Positions 12,962-25,059 of a DNA stretch of 64,000 nt are shown one piece after another (position 1 is the first letter of the stretch; each line of letters starts with the position of its first letter). Source of the DNA: Tubiluchus corallicola (taxonomy: Eukaryota; Animalia; Priapulida); NCBI GenBank assembly GCA_030141605.1, contig JAQGDQ010000035.1, positions 955,219-1,019,218 of the forward strand, in the 5' to 3' direction. A program made the position numbers and the translations under genes. Below the pieces are notes generated by a model. That model did no database searches and was not told the origin of the DNA. It saw nothing but the letters and a program-made list of their open reading frames with translations.

Positions 12962-13195
12962 GCTCAAAGATGCACAGCAAAATATCAAAAGTGCACAGCA
13001 AAGAATCAAAAGTACATAGCAAAAACTCAAAACTGCACAGTGAAAAATCAAAACTCCACAGCGAAAAATCAAAAGTGCATAGCAAAAAATAAAAAGTGCA
13101 CAACAAAAATCAAGAGTACACAGCAAAAAATCAAAGTACACTGTGAAAAATCAAAAGTGCACAACGAAAAATCAAAAGTGCATAGCAAAAAAAAC
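12962..13195. repeat. ~21-bp minisatellite (AAAAATCAAAAGTGCACAGC-type), about 11 imperfect copies
   Basis: Tandem copies are visible directly and produce spurious SKVHSEK-repeat ORFs. Confidence 0.9.
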
Positions 13196-13329
13196 ACAGA
13201 AAGTTAACTTGTTTATGTCAAATGCGCAGCTCGTCTAATGTTAATAGTACTGTTGGAATCAGTGTGTTTTGCTTGAGGAAGACGCAAATAGTGTGCACGA
13301 GTAGCAAAACACCCAAAATTCTGCTAGTC

Positions 13330-13990
13330 AAACTTTTCGTCAGTTAACTTTTGATAAATTTAAAATAATTGTTTCAGAAATTAATAGAAAACAGCAATTA
13401 AGTTGTCCTACCAAAGAAAGTTGTATGTAATCACTCAAAGCCGTTTTGGACTCAAAACTTAAGAACACTCAACCCTCATGTACGAAGGTTGAGAAAAATC
13501 TATCTAAAGCATTCTAATATTCACAGTAGGAACCGGTATCTTGAAGAAACGAGCAAGTTTGATGAAGAACTTCGCACAGCTTTGATATCTGGCTTTATAA
13601 AAGTGTGTCAACTTCGTAAAAGTAGTGCATTCTGGAGAGAATATAAGAAAATACTTATTGGTACAACAAATTCAAATATCGGTATGCTAAAAGTGATGGA
13701 AATATATATAGTCAAAATATGGACATTTGTGAGGTACTATATAAAAAAATTTAAGTGGAGATCACGTAAACGGTGCGAATTTTGATTATGTTTGGCAGCA
13801 GCAAGTAGAGCGAGAGTTTCTCGCTATGATTAAAAGGCATGGTGCCCCCTACTATAAACCGTAACTTTACAATGGATGAACTAAACATAGCAATAAAACA
13901 AACAATCACGCAGGGTAAAAGCACCGACTGCGATGGCTTTCATCCACTAATGGTTAAACATTTTGACTAAGCATCGCTATACCGACCTGT
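13330..13990 (+). mobile_element. LINE ORF2 fragment (linker upstream of RT)
   Basis: KPFWTQNL (~13440) and FTMDELNIAIK...DGFHPLMVKHF (~13866-13965) resemble the conserved pre-RT motif FT..EL..A...K.PG.DG. Confidence 0.5.
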
Positions 13991-15129
13991 AGAGTGAATT
14001 CACTCAAGCATTCACACACACTGCAGTTATAGATTGTTTACCGTCGTCCATTGATTTGTCGTTATAATTTAATAATTACACTTATAGAAGATCACTATGT
14101 AAGTTTATTTATTAATTTCTTGAGTCTTGAATCTTTGTTTGTTAAAGAGATTAGATTAATTAGACAAGAGATTAGATTTTATAATTTACGTAAAATGTTG
14201 TTAAAGTTAATTAGAACAATTTCATATAAATATCGAAGGGAAATTGTGCAAAATTATATAAATTTATCTGATTTAGTTTTAAGATTAAATGATACAAGCT
14301 GCACATTTATGTTATTGGAGATTTCTTTATAAGAAAGTAGCACAAACTCAAAGTCCATAACATAAGATAAAATGCTTGTGCAATATAATTCAGGTGTTCA
14401 GTTTTGGTATGTAAAACCTGACCATGTAACAAAAACTTGTCGAGGTGATCTGAATTGGCTCCATAAAAGGACTAAGAGGGTACTCAAAAGGGAGACGGTG
14501 ATTTGAAAAATTAGAGAAATTTCAGAAATTCAGAAAAATGGATCCGATTTGCAGATTTGCGTGATAACCGTATTCAAGTTTATATACTATGTTATTTTCG
14601 CTATTTATTCTATAAACAAACAACAACGTGGAGCAAACAGGTATTTTCCTCGCTTACATGAGCGACCAATAACCTTTCTCTCATGTCGTCACTGATCATT
14701 CTCTTTAAAATCTCTCGTTGCAAAATATTTAAAAGAATTTAAATACCATAATAACAAAGTTGTTCGTTTGTTGTTAATTATGTCCGACGTTACTTAGCTA
14801 AACTGGCCTACATTACTTGCAAGTGTCCGACATTACCCCATTTTTTGAAATAACGTAGGAAGTGGCTAGTTATAGCAGTGTATAACATTTCGTGCAGCCA
14901 CCCGCTTTCCCGTTTTCACTGATTCCTTAACAATATAGTTTTAGTTTAACAAACACTATTTCAAGAAAATTTTAAAAATATAGATAGAAACCTGAAAAAA
15001 AGCTAATTTTGGTCGACATTAACCCGTTTTACCCTATATATAGTATAATATACAATACACATATATAAATAAATACGTTTATAATATAATTTAGAAATAC
15101 GTTTGTATGTATTTATTTATCTTCTGCAG

Positions 15130-15215
15130 GCAAATATCGGATTTATATGTCTAGTCTTTTGTATGATGTTCAAATCACATGCTGTAAAGAAGAAGAGCAG
15201 AAAAGAGAAGGCAAG
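15130..15215 (+). CDS. GPCR exon: end of TM5-ICL3
   Basis: ctgCAG|...|GTAAAC. Translates ANIGFICLVFCMMFKSHAVKKKSRKEKA, with the conserved TM5 Asn and a basic ICL3. 86 nt, phase 0 to 2, in frame with both neighbours. Confidence 0.9.
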
Positions 15216-15912
15216 GTAAACGAACTCTCAAGCGCTTGAAAATGCCTTTAAGGCTCAAAATTAATCGCTATTTTTCACGAGCATCTTTCGTCCCTCACAG
15301 ACTTCAGCTCTGCACAAAGAAATACAGCATACAACATAGTTTGTATTATATTTAAGTATGTGACGGATGAAGTACTTGGATAAAATGAAGATTATTTTCA
15401 GGACTTTTCAAAATGACTCAAGTGCCATTTGACTTTTTGTTCTTTTAAAACTGCCAAGGCTATTTTTCTGCCTATCTTACGAAAATAAATTTGTATAATT
15501 AACACGTGTAGACGTTCACTGAGCTCTGAAAGCTAGAATAAATGATTTCCTAAACTTACAACATTAAACGTACACACAAGTTTTCGAACAACAAAAACCA
15601 AATGTTGTGGTTTGTTTTTGTCGTTTGTTGGTAAACAAAAACAAATGTATTCGTGCTCTTTGTTTGGCAGCACCTAGTACGGGAAACAAACTAACTGTTT
15701 AAATGATACGTACATTTATACTTAATGTCGGTTCCAGTCTCACACAATAATGTTCTGAGCCACGAGCTTGTGCTGATATACGACGTTGGTCGTTGCGAAT
15801 TGTGTTTTACTCAAACAATTTTATTTCATTGAAATAACAATAGGACGTTGTCGAGTATATGATGGTCGATCTTCCCGTTGGGTTTTATACTCGTAGTAAA
15901 CATAACATGACA

Positions 15913-15929
15913 TGGTGTCAGAAGTGGGA
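15913..15929 (+). promoter_or_regulatory. Primer-binding site complementary to the tRNA-Leu 3' end
   Basis: TGGTGTCAGAAGTGGGA is the reverse complement of UCCCACUUCUGACACCA, the 3' end of metazoan tRNA-Leu(CAA/CAG-type). It directly follows the LTR-terminal CA. Confidence 0.8.
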
Positions 15930-18856
15930 GTTTTTACCATTACTGAAAAATTCTAAATCTTACTTACTGCGTGTGCATGATTATTGTACTGTATCTGCTG
16001 AACTGTGCTATGGCTGATGAAAATCTTGCAACCACATTCGCTTGACATGTCAGGTAATCTCGCTGAAAACTGGCGAAATTCAATGATGAATTGGAACTGT
16101 ACCTTAATGCTGCTGGACTCTAGCTATAGTATACACCAACGGATCTAAGTTTAACGAATGTCTACAAATAGGGAGCAAAAATAGTGTGAATGTGAATTTC
16201 AAACTCAACGCAGATGCTGATAGCAACATTTTGTCATATTTGTCGCATAAGAAACTCAGCCCTAGGCCACCATTACGAAAAAGCCCTATAGTGCTTAAGG
16301 CTTATGATGGGAATACCATCCCTAGTAAAGGCATATGCTTTACTTCATTATCTCACAAGGATACTTGCATCTAAACTTCTTTTGAAGTATTTGACAGTGA
16401 TAAACCATCACTCTGGGAGGTCTTGACTGTGAAAGGCTGGATCTCATTAAGCGTGTAGATGCAGTATTGAATACTGGATTAATTCCATGGTAGTCACTGG
16501 ATAGAAGTGTACAGGTGAGTTCAGCCTCTGCATTGAACCACAAGATCTAAACAAGGTGATCAACATTTCCAAATACCTACCAATGAAGAAATCCTTTGTA
16601 AACTGACGGGTGCTAAGTACTTCACCAAGCTTGAGGCCACTGCAAATTAAACTTGATGAAAAATTTTCTTTCATGGCCACATATTTAATATTCCATTTGG
16701 CAGGTACCAGCTATTTGAGACTGCCTATGGGAATTTGTGCCAGAAGTATTCCAGAAAACACTAGAACAGTATCTTTGAAGCTACGAAGGAGTAGCTGTAT
16801 ACTATGATGACATTATCATAGCTGGTTGTACCATGACTGAGCACGATGAACGACTGCACAAAGTTTTACAGAGATATGTGTAGATAGGTGTGTATCTTAA
16901 TTTAGACAAATGTTTATTTCGTCAGACAGAACTTCCATACTTGGGAGAAGTCGTGACTCAAAATGGAGTAAACCATGTCCTGAGAATAATCAAAGTTATA
17001 CAGAATATGCTATTACTGCAGAATAAGAATGAACTACAGAGAGTCCTTGGTATGGCTACATACTTGGCTCGAATTATTCCAAATTTTCCTGCTAAAATAG
17101 CAGCACTTCGTTCATTGTTGGCTAAAACAACCGATTGGTAATGGCTGCCAGAGCACGACAAAGCTTGGTAAGATATCAAGTGCATCTTACCTACTGAACC
17201 TGTGCTAAGGTACTACGATGAGTCTAAACCACTCAAAATATCCAGCGTTGCTTCCAAGAATGGATTAGGAGCTGCATTGCTTCACGAAAAGCGAGGAGAA
17301 TGGATGCCAGTTGCTTATGCATCAAGATTCATGACATCAGCTGAAGTTAGTTATGCCCAAATCGAAAAAGAGCTCCTCGGAGTTGTTTTTGCATGTGGGC
17401 GTTTTTTGACACTCATGTCTATGGCAGGAAAATAACGGTAGAGATAGAGACTGATCATAAACCATTGCCCTCTATTGCTAAAAATCATTGTGTAATTGTG
17501 CCTATGGAAATTTGTGTGGGAAGTATTCCAGAAAACACTAGAACAGTACTGTATCTTGGAAGCTACGAAGGAGTAGCTGTGTACTATGATGACATCATAG
17601 CTGGTTGTACCATGACTGAACACGATGAACGAGTGCACATTATATTTAGACTTAAGAGTCTTTTACTGAGAATTTAAAACTACGAATATACACTTGAATA
17701 CTCTCCTGGAAAGCATCTGGTGATTGCTGATGCCTTGTCTCGTGAATAGCACAAGTTCTACAGAAGGAGGTGTGGAAGTTCACGTGTGCTTTACTGAAGC
17801 CAATCTCCCAGTGAGTCAACAAAAGTGGCTTGAAATAGCTGACAATAATGCTCATTACAACATAATTACCAAAGTTATAGCTACTATTAAAGATGATTGA
17901 TTACTAATCGCATTATCCAGAAATAGCATTGTTATTCAGTGAGTCTAGCAAGCAAGTCATCAGTCCACTCAAATCTCTATTTTCAAGATTTGAAATTCCG
18001 ATTACAGTTGTTTCTGATGCAGGTCCACAATTATCTAGTGCAGGTTACAGGCAGTTTGCTAGTGAGTGGAGGTTCGATCACATTATGTCGAATCCTTACT
18101 TGCCAAGATCAAATAGATTAGCAGAAAATGAAGAGAAGATAGTAAACGCCTTTTGGTAAAATCAGCAGAAACTGGGGAATCAGCAGATTCTTATTTAGCG
18201 ATGCTTGCTTACAGAGACAACCGTTAAACACGGTTAATCTCCAGTAGAGCTCATATTCGGTCGCAAACGTCGACCTCGTGTCCCAGAATGTAGAGAGGAG
18301 ATATGTAAATCTAAAAATCCTTGTGCAGAAAGTACTAGAAAGGCAAAGATTTTCCTGAACTGCAGAAGGATCAGGTTGAACACGTGAAGTAGCAGCATCA
18401 GTGAATGGGAAAGTGGCCTGAAAAGGCTAGTCGAGAAAGCGGTTGCTCCGCGATCATATGAAGTCGAACTGGAAACAGGATAAATCCTCCGCAGAAATAG
18501 ACAGCATCCTTTACCAACCAAGGAAGTTTTTCGTCCAGATCCACACAACTTCAATATGCCTAAATGCCAAACACAAGTACCAACGCAAAGTTATTCTCTT
18601 TTTTTCTTTTTCAATGAATCACTCGTCCAGGGACATGATTCTGCTCACCTCTTTATGCCAGGACTCCCTACACGCTGCAATGCCCCAAGTTGATTTATTT
18701 CTAAGGATCAATGCTGAAGTGTTTAAACCTTTCTGTACAAAATCTAAGTATGTTAACATTTGTCCTCCTGCAGGTTTTTTAGCTGGTTCTATGGCTTGTT
18801 GAAGAGCTATCTTCACTGGAAATAATGCAAAGTAATGTTTCACCTGACTCTGGTGC

Positions 18857-19712
18857 TGTTACGTTATATAGATATGACGTCATGATCATGTGACTGCACT
18901 ACAGCGGTTGGATTAAAATGAGGAAAGCTGATTTACTTCGTTAAACGTTTCTTTAGATTATGTTTGAGCACCATCCATAATCGCAACATGGTGTCAGAAG
19001 TTTTTATTGTGATAAAGTAAAGCATTATTTTGTGAACTTTCCTGTGTGTAAAAGCAGCAAGTAACGACACGAAAAACCTGCATTTATATCGTGAATTTTG
19101 CCGACCCACGCAACGAGAATTACAATGACGTACAACGGCCCACAGAACAATGGAGACCAAGCAGCCGCAGCGGTAAACTACTTTGGCACCAACACTTCCA
19201 CCGCCTGGACCTATTGACTTAAAGGTGATATAGTTAATAACTGGAAGTATTTTAGACGTTCTTGGGAAATCGCTATCGGACTAAATAAGCTGAACGAGCA
19301 GATATTGACCAGTCGTTAAACAAATTAGAGTCATACATAGATATGTTACTGTACAAATGATAAATAAGTTAATGTGTAAACAATTTGAATTTATTTCTAA
19401 ACAATTTCTGTGGAATATCAAAGTTAAATATTTGATTTCAAAGACTCAGTAAAGATTGATTTAACATTCAGTTTTGTTTAAATTGAAATTGTACTGGCAG
19501 ATTTTTGAGATAGCGATTACTTTTGAAAGTTAAATTTTGAAGTTATGCTAATTTGAACTTTTATAAAAAAAAGGGAGGATGTTACGATATATAGTATATG
19601 ACGTCATGATCATATAACAGCACTACAACGGTTGGATTAAAATGTTGAAAGCTGATTTACTTTGTTAAGTGTTTCTTTAGATTATGTTTTGAGCACCATC
19701 CATAATCGAACA
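18857..19712 (+). mobile_element. TRIM-like miniature LTR retrotransposon (856 bp)
   Basis: TGT...ACA LTRs at 18857-18988 and 19580-19712. PBS TGGTGTCAGAAGT at 18989-19001, polypurine tract AAAAAAAAGGGAGGA at 19565-19579, and 5-bp TSD GGTGC (18852-18856 and 19713-19717). Short gag N-terminal remnant (LPPPGPIDLK...NNWKYFRRSWE). Confidence 0.93.
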
Positions 19713-20596
19713 GGTGCATTACAACAAGCACAACCTAAAGTTCGCTGAAACCACCTCGGAATCGCTATCCACCAAACACACTAATTCTGTAGTGCGTGCA
19801 TTTGGACAAATTGAACATTAATTTGTACATTGTTTGAATATTATGTATCACCAAAGGTTGTGATTGTGTTATGTTTAACGCATACTCAGTAATAGTTCAT
19901 TTCAGTAATTCTTGACATTATTATTAGGTAGTTAAACGTATATCTAAAGTGGATTTAATTCTATACTTGCTAATTAGTTAAGAACTAGTTTTCATTTACA
20001 CAAGTTAACATTCCAAAATGTTCTCTTGTGTGTGTTGGTAGTCACATTTGTGTTGAAAATTCCTAAAAGCTAGTTCACATTGACTATCATAAAGACTAGT
20101 TGCACTGAAATGTTAATTGCGTTCACACTGTAATTGTTTGAGCTATACTTACCATTGGCTAATATTGAACAGCTCTTAGTTTAATTCTTTCTTGTTAAGA
20201 GTGAAGATCTACTGATACACAACTTTCGTCGTTGCGAATTATGTTTTATTCAAACTAGTTTATTTCATTAAAATAACAACAGAACATTGTTGAGTACATA
20301 ATGGTAGATCTTCGTGTTGGATTTATCTTGTAGTAGACCTGACACTTGTGATTTAAAGACTTGTAATTAAAGACTAGTGATCTGGTCTATAATAGTGAAG
20401 TCTTAATAATAAATCCGAAAACAAATCAGATTTTACTGAAAGAAATAAACTCTTTCACTTCCAAAATTAACAAATGTAACTCTGAAGTATACGTTTAGAA
20501 TTTTTTCCGTATTGTCTTGTAAAATTATGAAAGGATTCGATGTATCTCTTATGCAGCTAGCCAATACTCTTAGCAACAATAAACTGTGTTGTATAA

Positions 20597-21330
20597 TGTA
20601 ATGTAATGTAAAATTTATTTATATAGCGCACTACGTCATTTAAAATCTCAGCACGCTGAACAATAAAATACATTTAAAATTCACAGTGGCGGCTCGTGTA
20701 GAACGCGTGTTTTTACTCATTATGTTGGTGTTTGGTTGCTGTACGCATGCGGCCATGCGCACATGCCTGAGATAAGACGCTGTACTTTAGGTAGAAAGAG
20801 TACTGTCGCTCACTTGCTGTACGTGTTGTCAGTTGTCACGTACTTAAAAGCTGTGTATCAGCATATTCTTGAACTGCGACAATTTAGGCTATTCGTAAGA
20901 AAACGATATTTTTTTGTTTAGAAGTTTATCAAGGTTATGTTTAAATTAGTTTGTTTGTTTAAAATTACAACATTATAATTACGCATGTTTGTTTCGTTTT
21001 ACACAGTATTAAAACAATGGCTAAAAAAAATTTTGCATTGAAAATTCATAAGAAACATCATCATCATAAAATTTAAATTTAAACAAATTGTTTTAAGATG
21101 TTGTTTAAAACAATCTAATGAATTTGTAGAACGTACAGGTTAACGGATAAGTTATTCCAGAGATGCGGAGCATAGACAGAAAAAGCTTTTTCGCCATTGA
21201 ATCCTGTATTAGGAATTGGCTGATGTAAATTAATTTGTTCACTAGCATTAGAACGAAGTGTTCGACCTATATAACGTCGTATTAAAAGATCAGTATAGAT
21301 GGCAGGACGTTTACTTTTAATCAAAGAAAT
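20597..21330 (-). mobile_element. L2-type LINE 3' fragment, interrupted by a DNA-transposon end
   Basis: Minus strand reads RTLRS...P...GEKAFSVYAPHLWNNL and ends in the tail GCGCTATATAAATAAATTTTACATTACATTACA. A hAT-like terminus CAGTGGCGGCTCGTG starts at ~20685 inside it. Confidence 0.7.
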
Positions 21331-21877
21331 AATTAAAAATATATGTAATTTTTAACTAATCGTCTTGTACTAAGTTAATATCTATGATTTTTTGTTATCA
21401 GTGTTTAATATTTATTTTACCTTTGCTACTAGTCTACTTATCTTTTTAATTGAACCACTAATGTTTCTATACATGTGTGTTTTAAAATAAACGATATTAG
21501 TAATAATAATAATAATAATATCTCTTGGGCTTTTTCGTAGTTTAAACGGCGTCTTAAACGAAAGCATTAAACCCGTATGCAGTTAAAGCAAGTCTTGCCT
21601 TGATGCAGAGAGTCTTGAAAGTTTATAGTGTTCGTTTGGTAACTACTGTACAGTTTGCTAACCTCCAGCCTTTCATGTCTAATTAGAACTTCGAAGTCCC
21701 CAAACTTCATAACTTTGGTAAAAATGCAAAAAATATGATTTTTGTTACAAAAATGGCCACCTTGCTTGACAGTTTCAAAAAAAAAGAAATGCATATTGTT
21801 AACTGTCTTTACGTAAGCTCCACTTAACAGCCTTTAAAGCTATTCACATCAAGAAAGCAGGAATGTTTATTTTTCAG

Positions 21878-22004
21878 CACTACTCTGCGCAGCTTGTGTG
21901 TACTGGTACCGTTGCTTGGACTGACATGGGTTTTTGGTTTGTTATTAATGGCAGACGGTAATCTCGCGTTCCAGTATATATTCGCCATACTAAACTCATT
22001 GCAG
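21878..22004 (+). CDS. GPCR exon: TM6-ECL3-TM7
   Basis: ttttCAG|...|GTACTT. Translates (S)TTLRSLCVLVPLLGLTWVFGLLLMADGNLAFQYIFAILNSLQ, with the canonical PLLGLTW.FG and Y.F.I.NSLQ motifs. 127 nt, phase 2 to 0. Confidence 0.96.
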
Positions 22005-22245
22005 GTACTTATCCACGATTTTGTTTAATTTGTTGCGGTATTCCTACGAAAATATAACACATTACTTTTACCGTGCATAACACACGGGTGTTATGAAGAA
22101 TTGTCCTCATAGTGCGGCTGATAAGCCAAACAATTGTGCATTTAATGACTAAAGCACGAAAGTTTCTTATTGAATATATATTATACGAAACTGCTGTACA
22201 TAATGTTTCAAGAAAGGAAAACATGAAGAAATCACAACAAAATAA

Positions 22246-22560
22246 ATTTTAGCCAGCCTGTGAGCTATTGCAACAGCCAAGTGTTCGATGTCAGTCAACG
22301 GTTGTGGTGCCATTAGTATGTGCACAAGGATGATCAAAACTGGTTAAAAATAGCTTGTCCAAAACTTATGTCACTATTTGTCTAGTACTAAAACTCAATA
22401 TTTGGGGTCAAAAGGTTAAAGGTCAAGGTCACAAGTCGTTTTCAAGAAATCAATTTCCATATGCTTAATCAACTTATTTCCTCACGTCTCATACCTGTCG
22501 CAGGTCAAATATCAAAGTCACAGTCAAAGTTATTTGTAAATCAGTATTCAGATGATAATT
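22246..22560 (+). mobile_element. Helentron-associated (HINE/DINE-like) remnant
   Basis: Starts TTTTAGCC..CCTGTGAGCTATTGC and contains GGGGTCAAAAGGTTAAAGGTCAAGGTCAC, a motif set I recall from invertebrate non-autonomous Helentrons. Recognised from memory only. Confidence 0.4.
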
Positions 22561-24052
22561 CAACTCTGAATTGATAAACTGTAATCAAACTTCAAACATG
22601 TTTCAGTTATCACTCAAGGAATACCGCTTTTGATTGTTTGATTAAAAGGCTGTACAAATCGAACATTAATGGTGAAAATTTATGTTATGTCTGTGAAAAA
22701 GTAAGGAAAAATAATAATTTGACAGCCTGAAAGTCCTTGCCTTTACCTAGTCACAGAGGCCAAGTCTAAAATGCCTCCACATCTGAAAATGAACTTCATG
22801 GTCCGTCAAAACTCTGGAGAAAATTTCATGCTTTAGTCATTAAATGCGCAATTCTTTCAGTATATGACCTGAACCGACCCACTATCAGAGTATTGCTCGT
22901 GAGGAATTCTGCCACCCAGCTAGAAGCTATGCGTCCTTTCCACGAACAATTTTGCCACTTAGTAGAAATGGGTCGTGCTCTCTTTTCGTGAAGCTTCCTC
23001 GCGAAAATTACATTGAAATTGGAACAACAATTAATGTATTTCATGCTATCTCTTGTCAAAGAAATAATTTTATTAAAACAACCGTACTCCGAATGGGAAT
23101 AAATAAATGAATAATTATTACTGCATATCCATGCGTTCATAACTGTGAAATGGTTAATGGTTAATATAAAATGAACTATTGGTGAAACCTGCAAATTTAA
23201 ACGCAATTTATATAAAGTGTAATATGTAAAATTACTAAATTCTTGAGCTAACCGGATGTACGCAAAATAACCGCGTCCGTTCCTGTGTGAAATGATCTTC
23301 GTTGCTGCATCGGTTATCGCAAGAAAATCGAAAACTTTCCTAATTTTCCGAGTGCAACTTCCTCTGTATAGAATGGGTGTCTACTGCATGTTGTTCTCAT
23401 GGTATCTGTATGTTTTTTTTTCAAATGTAGTTTTCAAATTTATTTCGGTACTTTCCTAAACTGGTATTCAAGGTCATTATGTAACCAACAAATTACAAAA
23501 TTTGTAATTACATCACAAATTTTACGTCATTAGGTAACGTTCAACGTGTAACATTTTTTTGCGTCACTATGAAGTAGGCTAACATAGATTTTGCCATGAT
23601 TTGTGGTTGAGTCTTGTCACGGCCAACTCTAATTTGCACATGGTCAATTTCTTTCTGTTCTAACTGTAGGTCAGAACCACTTGAGGTCTGGGAGGGCTAA
23701 AGCCTGAAATGACGAGGGTCTGGTTTGGCTAACCTGTGATCTGACCACAAAAAAATGAATGAAACCTTTGCTGTCTGATTTTGTGTGCCCTTTAGCTGTG
23801 CCTCGTTTTATATTCACCTTACGACAAATATGAAACTTAATTATAGGAGTAGATGAGAATAGATGCGAGTTGAGGGACCAAAGAAAGCATGAAATAAAGA
23901 CAAGGTAAGCAGGCAGGCGTGTGACCTGTCTAACTGGTATCCATACGGATTTCGTGGGTTATCAAGGGTATCACTGAGTATTTAGAGTGCAAATAAGAAA
24001 GAATCAAATCAGCATGTATGTTTGATCGTCATTCACAACAGTCAGCTTATTC

Positions 24053-24073
24053 ATATATATATATACATATGTG

Positions 24074-24105
<32 letters not shown>

Positions 24106-24122
24106 TGCGTGTGCATGTGTGT
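24053..24122. repeat. (TA)n(TG)n(GCGT)n microsatellite
   Basis: Read directly from the sequence. Confidence 0.9.
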
Positions 24123-25059
24123 ATTTTTTTCATTAAAATTGCTGAAAATTGAGAAATTCTTAATCTGAAGGACGAAAATGCTTCCAAATCATATGGATAA
24201 ATAGGATTCCTACTGTGCTTGCTCTGACAAAGCAGAATTCCCGTTCCAAACGAAAAGAGGATACGTTTAGATCTAGTACAGAGTCTTGCTTTAGGCTATG
24301 TTATTAATACTTTTGCTTAGGCCCCATCATAAGAAGTTGAAATTTTGCACAGGCGTACAACAGACTACAAAGTAATGCGAAGGCCGTAAATAATCCTGAA
24401 TGTTCCAAAACCGCCGCTCGTCACGAGTCACGACTTCATATATTTTCAAAGTTTCATTTTTCGAGTAAAATATTCTGTAAAATGTCAAATACTCTGATTT
24501 TCAATTTTCTTTACGTTTAACGACGTTAATCTTGTTGCAAACTCTTCAGAAACTGAAAAATATTTGTGGGTCTGCACTAAATTTTTGGAGAAACTGAGAC
24601 GTCCAAGAAGAGCAATGTTTGATTGCTTTCACACTCTTGTGTAAATTGAGTATGAGCGAAGCTGCAATGCTGAGCATTAATGCCAGAAATATTTTGTGAA
24701 AAAGCAGACATGAAGGTGGTTCTTAAGATATTCATTCATTCTAGACTGAAATTTAAATCCGCCATTTCAGGAACATGCCTGGATTAAAAGTGGTGCTTGC
24801 AGCAGAATCTTCTTGATTTACCCACGGTTTTTATAATTTTTTAATTTATTTGCACCTTTTTGTTTTTTAATAACTCGCACACGCACTGGACTAGGTTTAG
24901 AAACTCCCAGTTTATAGGACACTCCCCAGGTAAAGGGATTTATGTTTTTGTGTAACTCATCACCGTCAGATCAAAGGTCACGGAGCAGGCTCGGCTTCTT
25001 TTTTTCGTTAGGCTAGATCTCTTCCTACAAGTTTCTGAGATAGGGTCGCAATTTTTGGT

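Larger units (their letters stand above)
15603..20344 (+). mobile_element. Degenerate Mag-like Ty3/Gypsy element
   Basis: An LTR-like segment ends ...CATGACA at 15912, immediately followed by a PBS. Gag start (LDMSGNLAENW...ELYLNAAGL), protease-like region, RT (VYYDD, LNLDKCLF, YLGEVV), RNaseH (ASKNGLGA, PVAYASR, YAQIEKELL, ETDHKPL) and integrase (VVSDAGPQ, PRSNRLAE). A diverged copy of the LTR 3' part lies at ~20212-20344. No TSD found, so the two LTR-like pieces may belong to different insertions. Confidence 0.8.

Noticed and set aside
12886-13207. Lys-rich repeat ORFs (SKVHSEK / CTAKNQK)
   Set aside because: Translation of a 21-bp minisatellite, open in several frames and on both strands.
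15603-20344. Treating 15603-15912 and ~20212-20344 as a matched LTR pair
   Set aside because: Similarity covers only the 3' ~135 bp, is clearly diverged, and no TSD was found; left as uncertain.
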